Below are positions 24,896-39,148 of a stretch of DNA of 64,000 bases, piece after piece. The stretch is taken from assembly GCF_963921235.1 (NCBI RefSeq), contig NC_086108.1:56298001-56362000 (forward strand), read 5' to 3'. Position 1 is the stretch's first letter. Each line of letters opens with the position of its first letter. The position numbers and the translations under genes were made by a program. The stretch is from Mobula hypostoma (lineage: Eukaryota). A model generated the notes under the pieces. It was not told the origin of the DNA and ran no database searches. It was given only the letters and a program-made list of their open reading frames with translations.

Positions 24896-25319
24896 TACCT
24901 CTTCCTAGAGATGCTGCCTGGCCTGCTGTGTTCACCAGCAACTTTGATGTGTGTTGCTTGAATTTCCAGCATCTGCAGAATTTCTCGTTTTTACATCCCA
25001 TTATATGTACGTTTGGCTAACTCACTGTCTCTCTGTCTTATGTGTTTTTTTGCTATAATACTGTGGAATAATACTTGCCTTGTGGAGTGATTTTTGTGTA
25101 TTTTCTGACTTCCAAACAAAATTAATTTATGGATTCCACAAAAATAGAACTCATCCATTAAATGTATTGTTGATTTACAAAGCTCTCTTTTTAATTTCAG
25201 CATTAATTACTGCTTGTGCCTTATATTTTAAAGTAGTTCATGGATACTAATTCTCATTTTTATTCATTGCTTTTATATATTAAACTTTGACTATTGCTGC
25301 TTTTCCCTAAGACCTGCTT

Positions 25320-26200
25320 AACCATTTGACCTTAAGACATGGGCGCAGAATTAGGCCATCTGACCCATAGAATCTGCTCCGCCATTCAATCGTAGCTGAT
25401 CCTTTCTTGCCCTCCTCAGACCGACTCCCCGTAACCTTTGATGCTGTGCCCAGTCAAGAACCTATCAAGCTCTGCCTTAATACACCCAACAACCTGGCCT
25501 CCATGGCTGCCTGTGGCAACAAATTCCACAAACTCACCACCCTCTGGCTAAAGATAGGTCCACATCTCAGTTTAAATTGGGGCCCCTCTCTCCTGACAGT
25601 GTGCCCCCTTGTCCAAGACACCTCCACCATGGGAAACATTCTTTCCACATCTACTCTACTAGGCCTTTCAACATCTGAGATGATCTTTCAACAATGAGAT
25701 CCCCCCCCCTCCTTCTAAATTCCACAGAGTACAGACCCAAAGCTATCAAATATTCTTCATTTGATAACCCTTTCACTTCCGGAATCATCCTTGTGAACTT
25801 CCTCTCCAATGCCAGCACATCTTTTCCTAGATGAAGAGCCCAAAACTGTTCGCAATACTCAAGGTGAGGCCTCACCAGTGCCTAAGAAAGCCTCAGCATT
25901 ACATCTCTGCTCTTGTATTCTAGACCTCTTGAAATGAACGCTAACATTGTTTGCGTTCGTCACCACCAACTCAGCCTTCAGGGTGTTCTGCACAAGGACT
26001 CCCAAGTCCCTCTGCATCTCAGATTTTTGGATTCTCTCCCCATTTAGAAAATAGTCCGCACATTTATATCTACTACCAAAGTGCATGACCATGCATTTTC
26101 CAACAATGTATTTCATTTGCCACTTCCTTGCCCATTTTCCTAATCTAAGTTCTTCTGCAGCCTACCTATTTCCTCAACACTACCTGCCCCTCCACCAATT
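25320..26200 (-). mobile_element. CR1 LINE 3' fragment
   Basis: ORFs 25859..26116 (QRDLGVLV), 25651..25875 (RPHLEYC.QFW) and 25454..25648 (FSQRVVSLWN). Confidence 0.9.
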
Positions 26201-26829
26201 TTCCAGTATTTGTTTTTAGATAATATGTTTTTTATTCGACCCAGCCTTCATGTGCATGTGAAGCTGTTTCATTTTTCTTGAAGAATGGGAGATCTTCTGA
26301 TAAGTCCTATTAAACCAACCACAATCTTCTTGGTGGGAAACTCAAGTATTTCTTTGCAAATGCCAATGATGGTGGATTTCACAGTAGATCATAAGCAATG
26401 GACATGACAGCTCTTCTCTGCCGGGAGTTGATGAAATGTGTGGGTTCCCTTCATTGCAGTACTTCACTGCTTCAATACTGATCTTCTTGTGCAACAATTC
26501 TGTTGATGCTGAGGTGCTTAAACCAGGTTAACAAATAATCCAGCTGATTAGGCACCAGTCAGCCCAGCCCATAAGTGTCTGCAACAAAATGCGTGGAGGG
26601 AACATTTTTGCAGCCCCTCTCAGCAATGATATAAACCATCCTGTGCTTGGACAATGGGTCTTTCCATGAGACCTGGTGTTACATGGTAAACTGTAAATTA
26701 AACACTTGTGAGGACAATCCAAATGCAGAAGATTAATAGTGAGTGGAGTTAGTGGGTTTGCTCTTGCTAGGTCATTGGACCTTTCTCAATGCTGTGCTCT
26801 TTCTATAAATCCCTGATTTCTCAGTTGAG

Positions 26830-28305
26830 TTCCCTGATCTCATTAGAAACGGGGATGGTGCTGGAGGATTGGTGTATTGCTCATGTGGTTCCATTGTTTA
26901 AAAAGGGTTCTAAGAGTAAACCTAGCAATTATTGGCCTGTGAGTTTGACGTCAGTGGTGGGTAAATTGATGGAAAGTATTCTTAGAGATGGTATATATAA
27001 TTATCTGGATAGACAGGGTCTGATTAGGAACAGTCAACATGGATTTGTGCGTGGAAGGTCATGTTTGACAAATCTTATTGAATTTTTTGATGAGGTTACT
27101 AGGAAAGTTGACGAGGGTAAAGCGGTGGATGTTGTCTATATGGACTTCAGTAAGGCCTTTGACAAGGTTCTACACGTAAGGTTAGTTAGGAAGGTTCAAT
27201 CGTTAGGCATTAATATTGAAGTAGCGAAATGGATTCAGCAGTGGCTGGATGGAAGACGCCAGAAAGTAGTGGTGGATAACTGTGTGTAGCGGTGTGCCTC
27301 AGGGATCTGTACTGGGTCCAATGTTGTTTGTCATATATATTAATGATCTGGATGATGGGGTGGTAAATTGGATTAGTAAGTATGCGGATGATACTAAGAT
27401 AGGTGGTGTTGTGGATAATGAAGTAGGTTTTCAAAGCATGCAGAGAGATTTAGGCCAGTTAGAAAAGTGGGCTGAAAGATGGCAGATGGAATTTAATGCT
27501 GATAAATGTGAGGTGCTACATTTTAGTAGGACTAATCAAAATAGGACATACATGGTAAATGGTAGGGCATTGAAGAATGCAGTAGAACAGAGGGATCTAG
27601 GAATAATGGTGCACAGTTCCCTGAAGGTGGAATCTCATGTGGATAGGGTGGTGAAGAAAGCTTTTGGTATGCTGGCCTTTATTAATCAGAGCATTGAGTA
27701 TAGGAATTGGGATGTAATGTTGAAATTGTATAAGGCATTGGTGAGGCCAAATTTGGAGTATTGTGTACAGTTCTGGTCACCGAATTATAGGAAAGATGTC
27801 AATAAAATTGAGAGAGTACATAGGAGATTTACTAGATTGTTGCCTGGGTTTCATCTCCTAAGTTACAGAGAAAGGTTGAACATGTTAGGTCTTTATTCTT
27901 TGGAGCATAGAAGATTGAGGGGGGACTTGACAGAGGTGTTTAAAACTATGAGGGGATTGATAGAGTTGACGTGGATAGGCTTTTTCCATTGAGAGTGGGG
28001 GAGATTCAAACAAAAGGACATGAGTTGTGAGTTAAAGGGCAAAAGTTTAGGGGTAACATGAAGGGGAACTTCTTTACTCAGAGAGTGGTAGTTGTGTGGA
28101 ACGAGCTTCCAGCAGAAGTGGTTGAGGCAGGTTTGATGTTGTCCTTTAAAGTTAAATTGGATAGATATATGGACAGGAAATGAATGGAGGGTTATGGGCT
28201 GAGTGCAGGTCGGTGGGACTAGGTGAGAGTAAGAGTTCGGCATGGACTAGAAAGGCCGAGATGGCCTGTTTCCGTGCTGTAATTGTTATATGGTTATATG
28301 GTTAT
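26830..28305 (+). mobile_element. Relatively young 5'-truncated CR1 LINE (RT domain)
   Basis: Long ORFs 26789..27289 and 27282..27992 ([15 protein letters not shown]) separated by a small deletion. (tatatggt)n tail. Confidence 0.95.
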
Positions 28306-28889
28306 TTCATGGTTGAGTCAAAGTGCCTGTGACTATGTTGTATGTTATTTATAAGCCTACTATGAAAACTTATAACATGGGTTGGTTCTTGAGTTCCCAT
28401 GTGACTACCAGCTATCATGGTAGGAAAGGCAAATGAGAAAATATGATGCCATACTTCCAAAGATACAAAAATAATGCATTCTTTTGTATCTACAAAAACA
28501 ATATTACTGCTTGCTTTCCATATAAAGTTAATGATCTGATTTGGAACTGCTTTGGTTGACTATGATTCATGTGCATGCATGTGTCTTCTTGGGCTGTAAT
28601 TAATTGTCACAACAGTTTAGCAAAAGTAGAAAAATATAAGATGCTAAATTAAGAACAAAGTAGACTACCCAAAAAAGAAGTGGTAATTTTGAAAAACAGT
28701 ATTGATTACATGAGGGTGTTTGGAATTAATACGTTTAAATTTAACAGTTCTAGTGTTAATTTTCAAGGAAAAGTAAATTGATGCTGGTACTGTGAAATCA
28801 TTTAATGTTTTAGTAAATGAACTCATAAATTTTGTATTTAGCGTCATGATTCATTCTTTCATTTGCTATCTCGCTAAACTTTGCGGGGG

Positions 28890-29865
28890 TATCAGAATTA
28901 AACAGCTGATGTAGCCCCTTGTTCAGGAAAACAGCCAATATGACTTTTGTCAAAATAGGACAAAAGCAGAAGGCAGAGTCCTACATGATGATTAGTTTAA
29001 TGACTATTGCTGGCAAGATGCAAGAACCGATGATTAAAGAAAAAGTGCAAATCATATAGAAAAACTGAATAATTATTAAATCTGTCTGTGTGTATTAATG
29101 AGAGTTAAAATACTTGATACATTTGCATGAATTCTTTGAGGATGTAACAGGGAGAGTTGATAGAGAAGAACCTGTAGGTATAATGTATTTGGATTTCCAA
29201 AAGGCATTTGACAAGGTGTCCCAAATTAAAAACACATGATAATAAAGGAAGTGTTCTAGAATGGTTGTAAAGCTGGCTGTTTTGTAGAAAACAGAGAAGA
29301 ATAAATAGTCCTGTTCAGAGTGGAAGAAGATAACTAGGGGAGTATTGCAGATATCAGTCCTTGCCCTGCAGTTGTTGATTATTTGCGTTAATGGCCTGGA
29401 GCAAGGACCCTACGTAAGGTTTCCAAATTTGCCGATGAAGCAAAAATAGATAAAAGGGCAAGTTGTGATAAGGATACTGTGATTCTGCAATGGATATAAA
29501 TAGATTGACTGGGCAAAAAGGCTGGCAAATAAAATTTAAAAAGTGGGGAAGTGTGAGATCATGCACTTAGGTAAAATAAATCAAAAGGCAGATTATCTAT
29601 ATGGAGAGATGGAGGGAGGCTGAGGGTTTCAGGTGTTTTAGTGCATGAATCACAAAAAGCTATCGGGTGTCTCCAGCAAATAGTTAAGAAAGCAAACAGC
29701 ATTTTGTCCTTCATTGTAAAAAGCATGGAGTTTAAACATTTGTTTTGTAATTATACAGCGTGTGAGTGAAGTCTCATCTGGAATAATGCTATAGTTTTGA
29801 TTCCCTTATCTGAAAAACAATGTAGTAAAATTGGAGGCAGTAAAAAGGAAATTCTTCAGACTAAC
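28890..29865 (+). mobile_element. Old, heavily decayed CR1 RT fragment
   Basis: ttggatttccaaaaggcatttgacaaggtg ([10 protein letters not shown]) near 29190 and tccaaatttgccgatga (SKFAD) near 29425. Confidence 0.8.
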
Positions 29866-29869
29866 TTCT

Positions 29870-30095
29870 GGAGTCCCAGCCTGTGATGTATTGTGGTGGA
29901 TCCGTCGTGGATTTTGAGGCAAGTGGCCCTGGGTTCAAATCCAGCCAGCTCCTTGTATGCTGAGTTGAGCATCGAGCTAGCAACTTGGCCTTGTAAACAT
30001 GCTGAAGAAAGGGCAAGGCTGCTGTGCAATGCGCCACAAGGCAAGGAAAGGAAACATTTCTGGAGTGAGAGGGCTGTACTACAAAGAGAGTCTCA
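29870..30095 (+). mobile_element. tRNA-derived SINE, decayed
   Basis: B box GGTTCAAATCC at 29932-29942 followed by a SINE-like body. Confidence 0.55.
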
Positions 30096-30344
30096 ATAGT
30101 TATAGAGTAAATAAATTTTCTCTGCACTCTCTTATTGACATCTTTCCTATAGGTGAGTGACCAAAACTGCACATAATACTCCAAATTAGGCCTCACCAAC
30201 ATCTTATACAACTTCAACATAACATTCCAAATTGTAAATACTCAGGCATTTGTTTAGTTCTGTATTTTTTGAGTTTGATATCTTGTATCATTGAACAAGG
30301 TCACCCTTGATTCTGCTAAGTAAGACGCCTTGGCAGGATGTTTT

Positions 30345-31040
30345 AGATAGATAGATAGATATACTTTATTAATCCCGAGGGAAATTTGGTTTCGTTACAG
30401 CGGCACCAACCAAGAATAGAGCGTAAATATAGCAATACAAAAACCACAAACAATCAAACAACGAAATGCAAACTATGCCAGATGGAAAATAAGTCCAGGA
30501 CCAGTCTATTGGCTCAGGGTGTCTGACCCTCCACGGGAAGAGCTGCATGTTCAATGGCCACAGGCAGGAACGCCCTCCCGTGCCGCCAAGTGTTGTATCA
30601 CGGTAGAATGCGGCAGAAGTCCAACAGTAAAATGTTCAATATCCGGTCTACAAACACGTTCCTCTATTGTAATATGATCCGGATTGCACCATCTGTTGTT
30701 AGCCAGAACAGTAAGCACCCAACTCCTTTACGCTTACCGCTCTCAGTGCACTTCCGGTCAGCCCGAACGGTATTACCCACCGAACTCCTCTTCTCCATAA
30801 GTCTCTGTTGTCTCGACCCGGTCTTCTTTCCTCGACTTTATGATCCCCCTCTGCATCCTCTGTGTGTTTTCCTCCGGATTTCAGCAGGGGTGTCCGCTGC
30901 TCTGCTCGCTAAACCGGCCGGCATTTGCTGGTCCCTGGAATACACAATGCGATCTTGCTTCTGTCCCGCGTGTCGGGATGTAACCATTTCCAGCGCTAAA
31001 AAAAACAAATAAAACTCTCTCTACCAGCATGTTAGAGTAA
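30345..31040 (-). mobile_element. Internally deleted Rex1-like element (5' region fused to 3' end), (atag)n tail
   Basis: The 3' end resembles that of 40400-41345 (gtctgaccctcc, tggccacaggcaggaa). CpG-rich body. Confidence 0.65.
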
Positions 31041-33777
31041 GAGAACCTCGAACAAAGGACCTTAACTACAAGAAAAAGAGCCATTCGTTTAAACAGAGGT
31101 AGGTACATAGGAATTTTTTTTTTCTTTAATATCTGGAGCACTCTCTCTGACAGTGGTAGAAGCTGGATCATTAGAGGTATTTAAAGTTGATGGATCAAGG
31201 AATTTAGGCATATGGAGAAATGGCAAAGAAGGTGTCAAGACCAGCATATATCAGTTATGATCATACTAAATGATGGGCAGGCTTGAAGGGTCTGAGAGCC
31301 TACTTCATTTTCTTGTGTTCCTGTGTTTTTTTTTTTGGCTTATTTATTAGGTTAACTAAACCTACAGTTCATGATAATCACAAGCCTGTTCCTTCATTCT
31401 AAATTTCAAAGAGGTGTTACATCTCATATTCTAGCTAGTACTTGTTCAGCAAAAAAAAGCATAATTTCTCCATCGTTCAGCTGCTGTATTTTCTACATTA
31501 GCACAGCAATAACCTTTCAAAGTGTAATGTGTAAAACATTTGCGATAAGCTAAACTTAACGGCAGATACTAAATAAATGCAACACTTTGCTGTGGCTTGG
31601 TACAGATGCACCAATTGTTACAGTATCTTATGAAAGATAATTAACCTGAAATATTCACTAATTGTCTGTCCATAGATGATGCCTTTTTTCTGAGCATTTA
31701 CAATATCATCTGTTTTAATTTCAGTTTTCAGCATTTGAAATATTTTATACTGTATATTACAGTCTTTATTTGCAGATCAAGCAAACTAATAGAGCACTAT
31801 TTCATTAGTGTGGTCATCCTAGCTTGATATGGCAAACATGTTTAATATCTGTTAAACCAGTTTAATTGAAATTATTAACCTATTTTTTCCTGTCCTGGTG
31901 AGCATTGGGACGTGTTGCTTTGATTTTGGGCTTGGCAAGAGAGGAGTGTCATCATAAAATTCAAGAAATATACAGCACAGAAATGAGCTCTTTCTGCCCA
32001 CCTCATCCATGCTGACCCTGATACCTATCTGCACTAATCCACCTTGCCTTCATTATGGCCATATCCTTACATGCCTTTAAATCAGAGTACATGTCCAAAT
32101 GTGTTTTTAAAAGTTTCAACTGTAGTCTCCTCTGGCAGCTTAATCCAGATAACCTCTATCCTCTGTGGGGGGAAATCTTACCCCTCAGATCTCCTTTAAT
32201 TTTCCCCACTCTCACCTTAAACCTGTTCCCTCGAGTTCTCATGCTGTAGGAATAAAGACTCTATTTAATCTATATATGTCATTCATAATTTTATAAATCC
32301 CGATTCATTCATTTAATGTCAGAGGGTCAATACTCTCAAATTCTCTACTTTTATAGCATCATAAAATACTATCCTCATAAATATTTTTGCATTTTTCAAA
32401 GGCCATTCTAAATCTTCTCTAGAATTCGTCACATCATTATAAACATCTATAAAACTTATTGCCATCGCAATGCGCCATAATAGTTAACATTATTCTGCTT
32501 TTGTCTTCCGAGGTGCTTATTTCAAAGAAATATTGCAAATGCTTCAAGGTTTGGAGTTTACAGCCTTTACCCCTGCCTTTTCATAATTTGTTTTTCCTAC
32601 GTTAATCATTTATGTCTGAACTGCAAAACGATTTTTAAACATTATTAAAGTTATAGTAATAACATCTTGAATATTTCAATCCTTCATGCAAAGAAGTTTG
32701 ACTGCCCTTAAGTTACTTCATGGTGACATTTCTACAAATTTGATTGCTGTCAGTAATACACTTAGAAGTATCTATTGTCCTTTATTTACGATACTGGAGA
32801 AAGAAATTGCCACTACTGAATAAAGACAAATTGTACACAAGATATATATTTTCAGTCATGCATGACACTGATTTTCAGGGACTCTAATATCCTAGTCAAT
32901 TCTATCATCAAAGATTTTCACTTATTTTTTAACTCTTCTGTTTAGAAGCAAAATGTATCTGAAGCATCTCAAAGATTGCTGTGATGATTAAACATTAATG
33001 GTAAATTGACATATACAGAGTTGGAAGTTACACCTGTTCCTAAATCAGGAAGATATTGCTATTACTTCATTATTTTCTAAATTCTGGAAATTCCTACATG
33101 ACAACAGTATGAAAGTACCTTCATCAGCAGGATAACAGTGTTTCACCACTATCTTCTCCAGGTCAGAGAGAAATGTGAAGTACTTTGTTTTTTTTCAGCT
33201 CATTCTTTGAAAAATATCTTGGTAAAGGTTACCAGTGGTCATTGCCACTTGCAAGATGAAAGAGTGCATTTGATCAGTGAAAGTGTACATTCTAATCAGC
33301 ACTGAAGAGTTGCAGAAGATTTACTTCACCCATGGGATTCGGAGAAGACAGAAGGAGTATCCAGACTCTACAACCGAGTCCAAATTTAAAGGGTCATTTT
33401 ATTCAGATAGCATATTGTATTCTTATCAATTTTATATTAAGTAAATTTTTAGGTCCCCTCCCAGTAGCTGGTACTGAATGTAATAATTTTACATATACAA
33501 GAGCAAATGATACCCTTTTAACATTTCAATCTGTTTCCTATTTAACGTGTTGAAGCCATGTGATCAATTTTTTACAAAGTTAAAATTCTACCTTGAAACA
33601 ATCAGTTGAAGATTTTAAATCATGAAATATTTTCAAAGTAAAACTTGAAGAAATTGTTTGGGATATATCACTGTTATAAAAGTTTGTTACTTTTTTAGGT
33701 AGTTTTATTTTAATACTTTGATTTATCTCTATTATATTTGGGTGAAAAATAGTTAAAATCTCTATTAAAACTCTTCA

Positions 33778-34722
33778 TAACTTCTGCCATCTCCAATGGG
33801 ATCCCACCACCAAGCACATCTTTCCTTTCCCTCCCAACCCCACTTACCGCTTTCCGCAGGGATCACTCACTATGCAACTCCCTTGTCTGCTTGTCCCTCC
33901 CCACTGATCTCCCTCCTGGTACTTCCCTTGTAAGCAAAACAAGTGCCACCCCTGCCCCTACACCTCCTTCCTCACTCTGGGCCCCACACAGTCCATACAG
34001 CTGAGGTGACACTTTTCCTGTGAGTCTGTTGGGGTCATCTACTGGTCTGGCCTCCCGGATATTGATGAGACCCAATGCAGAGTGGGAGATCACTTCGCCA
34101 AGCACTGACAAACCATCTGCCAGAAAAAGTGGGATCTCCTGATAGCCACCCATTTCAATTCTACTTCCCATTCCCATTCTGACATGTCAGTCCGTGGCCT
34201 CCTCTACTGCTGCAATGAGGCCACTCACTGGAGGAGCAACAGGTTAGCCTCCAACATGATGGTATGAACACCTATTTCTCATACTTCTAGTAATGGTCCC
34301 CCACCTCTCCTTCACCATCCCCCATTCCTGTTTCCCTCTCTCACCTTATCTCTTCACCTACCCATCACCTCACCCTGGTGTTCCTCCTCCTGCCCTTTCT
34401 TTAATGGTGTTCTACTTTCTCCTATGAGATTCCCCCTCCTCCAGCCCTTTATCTCTTTCACCAATCAACTTCCCGGCTCTTTACTTCACCCCCTCCCCCT
34501 CTCCCAGTTTCTCCTATCATCTACTACCTTGTACTTATTCCTCCCCTCCCCCCACCTTCTTACTCTGACTTCTCGTCTTTTTTTCCGGTCCTGATGAATG
34601 GTCTTGGCCCGAAACATCGACTGTTTACTGTTTTCCATAGATGCTGTCTGGCCTGCTGAGTTCCTCCAGCATTGTGTGTGTGTGTTGCTTTGGATTTCCA
34701 GCATTTGCCGATTTTCTTGTGT
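33778..34722 (+). mobile_element. Penelope-like element 3' part, decayed GIY-YIG and terminal repeat
   Basis: Homologous to 24098-24994. Hammerhead remnant at 34586-34623 (cggtc CUGAUGA...GAAAC AUC gacug). Confidence 0.85.
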
Positions 34723-34999
34723 TTGGTGTTATTTGTCTGTTATTGTATTCCTTTAGAGTACTCACATCACAACAGTCCTAGCATTATGAAAAATAGTTTG
34801 TTTTTGTAAATTGCAGAAGACTCAGTGAGAAGACCTATGTTAATAAATCTCAGCGAAAGCAGGAATTAGAATACCAAGCACCCACTGGCATGCCCTTCTG
34901 ATGCACTTTAAGATAATATGCAAATGTGTGGTGGTTGATGAAGATAGAACTGAACTCAGTTATGTTACCCTCCGTATCTGAGCCAACTCCTGAAATTTG

Positions 35000-35910
35000 T
35001 TTGTTTATCTATTTATTGAGATACAACATGAAATAGATCCTTATGGCCCTTCAAGTGAAGTTGCCCAGCAACTCCTGATTTAATCTTAGCCTAGTCACAG
35101 AACAATTTACACTGACCAATTAACCCATTAACCGGTTTGTCTTTGGACTGTGGGAGAAAACCACAGCACCCAGAATAAACCCACGCATTCCTTACAGAGG
35201 TGGCCGGAATTGAACTCTGAACTCTGACACCCAAGCTGTAATAGTGTTGTGCTAACCACTATGCTACCATGGTGCCCACCTAGAAGTAGTTTAGAACATT
35301 TCTAGTTATCCACATGTGAGCCAACACTAGAAATCATGGACAGAATATTAAGACTATAAGATATAGGAGCAGAATTGGGATATTTGGCCCATTGAGTCTT
35401 CTCCCCATTTCATCATAGCTGATCCATTTCCCTTTCAGCCCTAATCTCCTGCCTTCTCCGCATAGCCCTTCATGCCCTGACTAATCCAGAATCTATCAGC
35501 CTCTGCGTTAAATATACCCAATGACTTGACCTCCACAGCCGCCTGTGGCAACGAATTCCATAGATTCACCACTCTAACCCTCTATTCTGAGGTTGTGCCC
35601 TCTGGTCCTAGACTCCCCTACCATAGGAAACATCCAATGCACATTTACTCTGTCGAGGCCTTTCAACATTCATTAGGTTTCAATGAGATCCCCCCTCATT
35701 CTTCTGAATTCCAGTGAATTCAGAGCCATCAAATGCTCCTCATATGATAAGCCTTTCAATCCCAAAATTATTTTGGTGAACCTCCTTTGAAACCTCTCCA
35801 ATGCCAGCACAACCTTTTTTTAGATAAGAGGCTCAAAACTGCCCACAATACTCCAAGTAAGGACTCACCAGTGCCTTATAAAGCCTCAACCTTACATCCT
35901 TGCTTTTATA
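35000..35910 (-). mobile_element. V-SINE (about 35000-35280) followed by a CR1 3' fragment (about 35350-35910)
   Basis: V-domain gtctttggactgtgggagaaaacc; standard CR1 3' UTR with a (cataaga)-like tail. Confidence 0.7.
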
Positions 35911-37041
35911 TTTTAGGCTATTTATATTTAAGGCTGAATATCTTTAAATTTTTGTTTATAACCATTTCAACAAGTTATTGGAGGGGTTTTGATTATAAGC
36001 CACCAGATGTCTACTTAAGAAATTGGCGAGGAAGAGGAGATTAATTATTTGCTTATTGATTCCATTAAGATTTTATGAAGAATTTATTTAGGCACAGTGC
36101 ATTTTTGAAAATGAGGTTCTTTATTATTCATAACTGTATACAAAGATGATGGTCTTGCCCACTCAGAATTGTCAGCAAAGGAATAAAATTCCTGGCTTTA
36201 GGGAAGGACGTCTAATACCTAAATCTCCTTGTATATTCAATGTAAGGTATTCTACAGAACAGTCCTCAACTACTACTGATGTAAATATATTGTGTTGTGT
36301 ATTAATAGACACTATTTGCATAGATGCAGAAACATTAAAACAAATTATAATGGATTCTTTTATTCTGCTTTCTAGCTTTATTTGATCATTATAGTTTAAT
36401 TCTTAGTCTTTTATCTTTCCTGACCTTCAGTGAAGAATTAAGACTAAACAAATGGTAAAGCCAAAGCCTTTTCTAATCACTTAATATGAGGAACCGGAGT
36501 CCATGTTGATATAATCATGACTTTTCATCTCTCTTGTTGGTGAAAACCATTCAAATTGTAAATAGGTACAATAGAACTTGAATCTGCATTAGTTACCACT
36601 GTGTGGCACTAGATAATCATGTACAAGTGCTCATTGTCAAGGACCACCCCTACAGGGTAAGAAAGCCACAATACCCTACCATAAAAATATATTGTTATTC
36701 ATTTTTTCAATGAAAGATATGCAGTGAAATCATTTTTGTTAATTAAATTTGTTGTTCCATTAGTCACATGTTGTTAGCAATCGAGCAACTGATAAACTTG
36801 TTCCACTTTCATTAGGGAAAAAGCTACACAGGTATAAAAGCCAGGACAACAGACTCAAAAACAGTTACTTCCCCCAAGCAGGCAGGCTGATCAACACCTC
36901 TGTCCATGAACCCACTCCACCACAACCTCACTAACAGTACTTTATCATTTCCTGTAGGTCACCTTATATATAGATGTTCCTGTACCTGGTGTCACATTAT
37001 ACACATACTATCACTCTATGTTTATAAGCTGTATGTATTTA

Positions 37042-37415
37042 CAGTACAGCAAAAATCTTAAGCACATGTAAAAAAGTTCTGTAAAGTGAAGATGTTTTCA
37101 ATAATGAAATGAAAACTTCAAAAAAAACTATAAAGAGCAATAAACAGTAAAAATAAACACTAAATAAAATAAATGCTGTGACTATCCTCTGCCTTTAAAA
37201 CTGCATCAATTCCCTTGGGTACACTGTTGTGCAGTTTTATAAGAAAATCAGCTGGTACATTGTTCCAGGCATCATGCTATAGTTCTGCATATTTTGGCTG
37301 TTTCTCCAGGTAATCCCAGACAGCCTCAATGATGTTGAGATCGGGGCTTGTAGAGACCATAGCATCTGAAACCATATAAAAAATCCTGGGTGCCTAAGAC
37401 TTTTGCACAATACTG
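37042..37415. mobile_element. Tc1-like non-autonomous DNA transposon nested in a Rex1-like 3' end (36830-37538)
   Basis: TIRs cagtacagcaaaaatcttaagcac / gtgcctaagacttttgcacaatactg, TA on the left side. Confidence 0.75.
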
Positions 37416-37679
37416 CATATTTATTGTTCTTCCATTATGTTCTTTATGCTTATTGTGCTTTTTTCATGCTGCATCAGATTGTGAATAACAATCACTTTTG
37501 TACTGAAGAATGACAATAAACAATCTTGAATCTTGAAATCTAGCCAAATGTATACTGCTCCTTCAGGTTGCTTGGCATCTCAAAGTAAAAAGATTCTGCA
37601 ATGATTTTGCTGATCATTTTCAACAAGAATATTTTAAAGTTTTGAATCAAAAACTGAACATAGGACTGATTAATGACAG

Positions 37680-39148
37680 AAATGGACATTTTTAGAAACA
37701 ATACAGGCCCTTCAGCCCACAAGGCTATGCCGAACATGTCCTTACCTTAGAAATTACCTAGGGTTACCAATAGCCCTCTATTTTTCTAAGCTCAACGTAC
37801 CTATCCAGGAGTCTCTTAAAAGACCCTACTGTATCTGCCTTCACCACCATCGCCAGCAGCCCATTCCATGTACTCACCACTCTCTGCATAAAAAAAACTT
37901 ACCCCTGACATCTCCTCTGTACCTACTTCCAAGCACCTTAAACCTGTAACCTCTCATGCCAGCCATTTCGGCCCAGGGAAAAAGCCTCTATCCACACGAT
38001 CAATGCCTCTTATTATCTTATACACCTCTATCAGGTCACCTCTCATCCTCCGTCTCTCCAAGGGGAAAAGGCCGAGTTCACTCAACCTGTTCTCATAAGG
38101 CATGCTCCCCAATCAGGCAACATCCTAGTAAATCTCCTCTGCACCCTTTCTACGGTTTCCACATCCTTCCTCTAGTGATGCAACCAGAACTGAGCACAGT
38201 ACTCTAAGTAGGGTCTGACCTCTGTGCTCCTAAACTCAATCCTATGATTGATGAAGGCCAATACACCGTATGCCTTCTTAATGACAGAGTCAACCTGCGC
38301 AGCAGTTTTGAGTGTCCTATGGACTCAGACCCCAATATCCCTCTGATTCTGTACTCTGCCAAGAGTTTTACCATTAATACTATATTCTGCCATTATATTT
38401 GACCCACCAAAATGAACCACTTCACACTTTTCTGGGTTGAACTCTATCCGCCCCTTCTCAGCCCAGTTTTGCATCCTATCAATGTCCCGCTGTAACCTCT
38501 GACAGCCCTCCACACTATCCACAACACCCCAACCTTTGTGTCATCAGCAAATTTACTAACCCATCCCGCCACTTCCTCATCCAGGTCATTTATAAAAATC
38601 ACGAAGAGTAGGGGGTCCCAGAACAGATCCGTGAGGCACACCACTGGTGACCGACCTCCATGCAGAATATGACCAGTCTGCAACCACTCTTTGGCTTCTG
38701 TGGGCAAGCCAGTTCTGGATCCACAAAGCAATGTCCCCTTGGATCCCATGCCTCCTTACTTTCTCAATATGCCTTTCATGGGATACTTTATCAAATGCCT
38801 TGCTGAAATCCATATACACTATATCTACTACTCTACCTCCATCAATGTGTTTAGTCACATCCTCAGAAAATTCAATCAGGCTCATAAGGCATGACCTGCC
38901 TTTCACAAAGTCATGCTGACTATTCCTAATCATATTATGCCTCTCCAAATGTTCATAAGTCCTGCCTCTCAGGATCTTCTCCATCAACTTACCAACCACT
39001 GAAATAAGACTCGCTGGTCTACAATTTCCTGGGCTATTTCTACTCCCTTTCTTGAATAAGGGAACAACATCTGCAACCCTCCAATCCTCTGGAACCTCTC
39101 CTGTCCCCATTGATGATGCAAACATCATTGCCGGAGGCTCAGCAATCT
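37680..39148 (-). mobile_element. CR1 LINE, 5'-truncated (same family as 997-3394)
   Basis: ORFs 38586..39128, 38444..38749 (SKFADDTK) and 38325..38522. Confidence 0.93.

Larger units (their letters stand above)
23976..24994. mobile_element. Penelope-like element with inverted terminal copy and GIY-YIG remnant, flanked by an 11-bp TSD
   Basis: TSD ATCCCATTATA at 23965-23975 and 24995-25005. 23976-24097 is the reverse complement of about 24835-24957. ORF 24073..24528 reads GVIYCVQCSRCGLLYIGETQRRLGDRFAEH. Confidence 0.92.

Noticed and set aside
28985..29070. C/D box snoRNA (ATGATGA...CTGA)
   Set aside because: No terminal stem, and the sequence reads as decayed CR1 ORF2.
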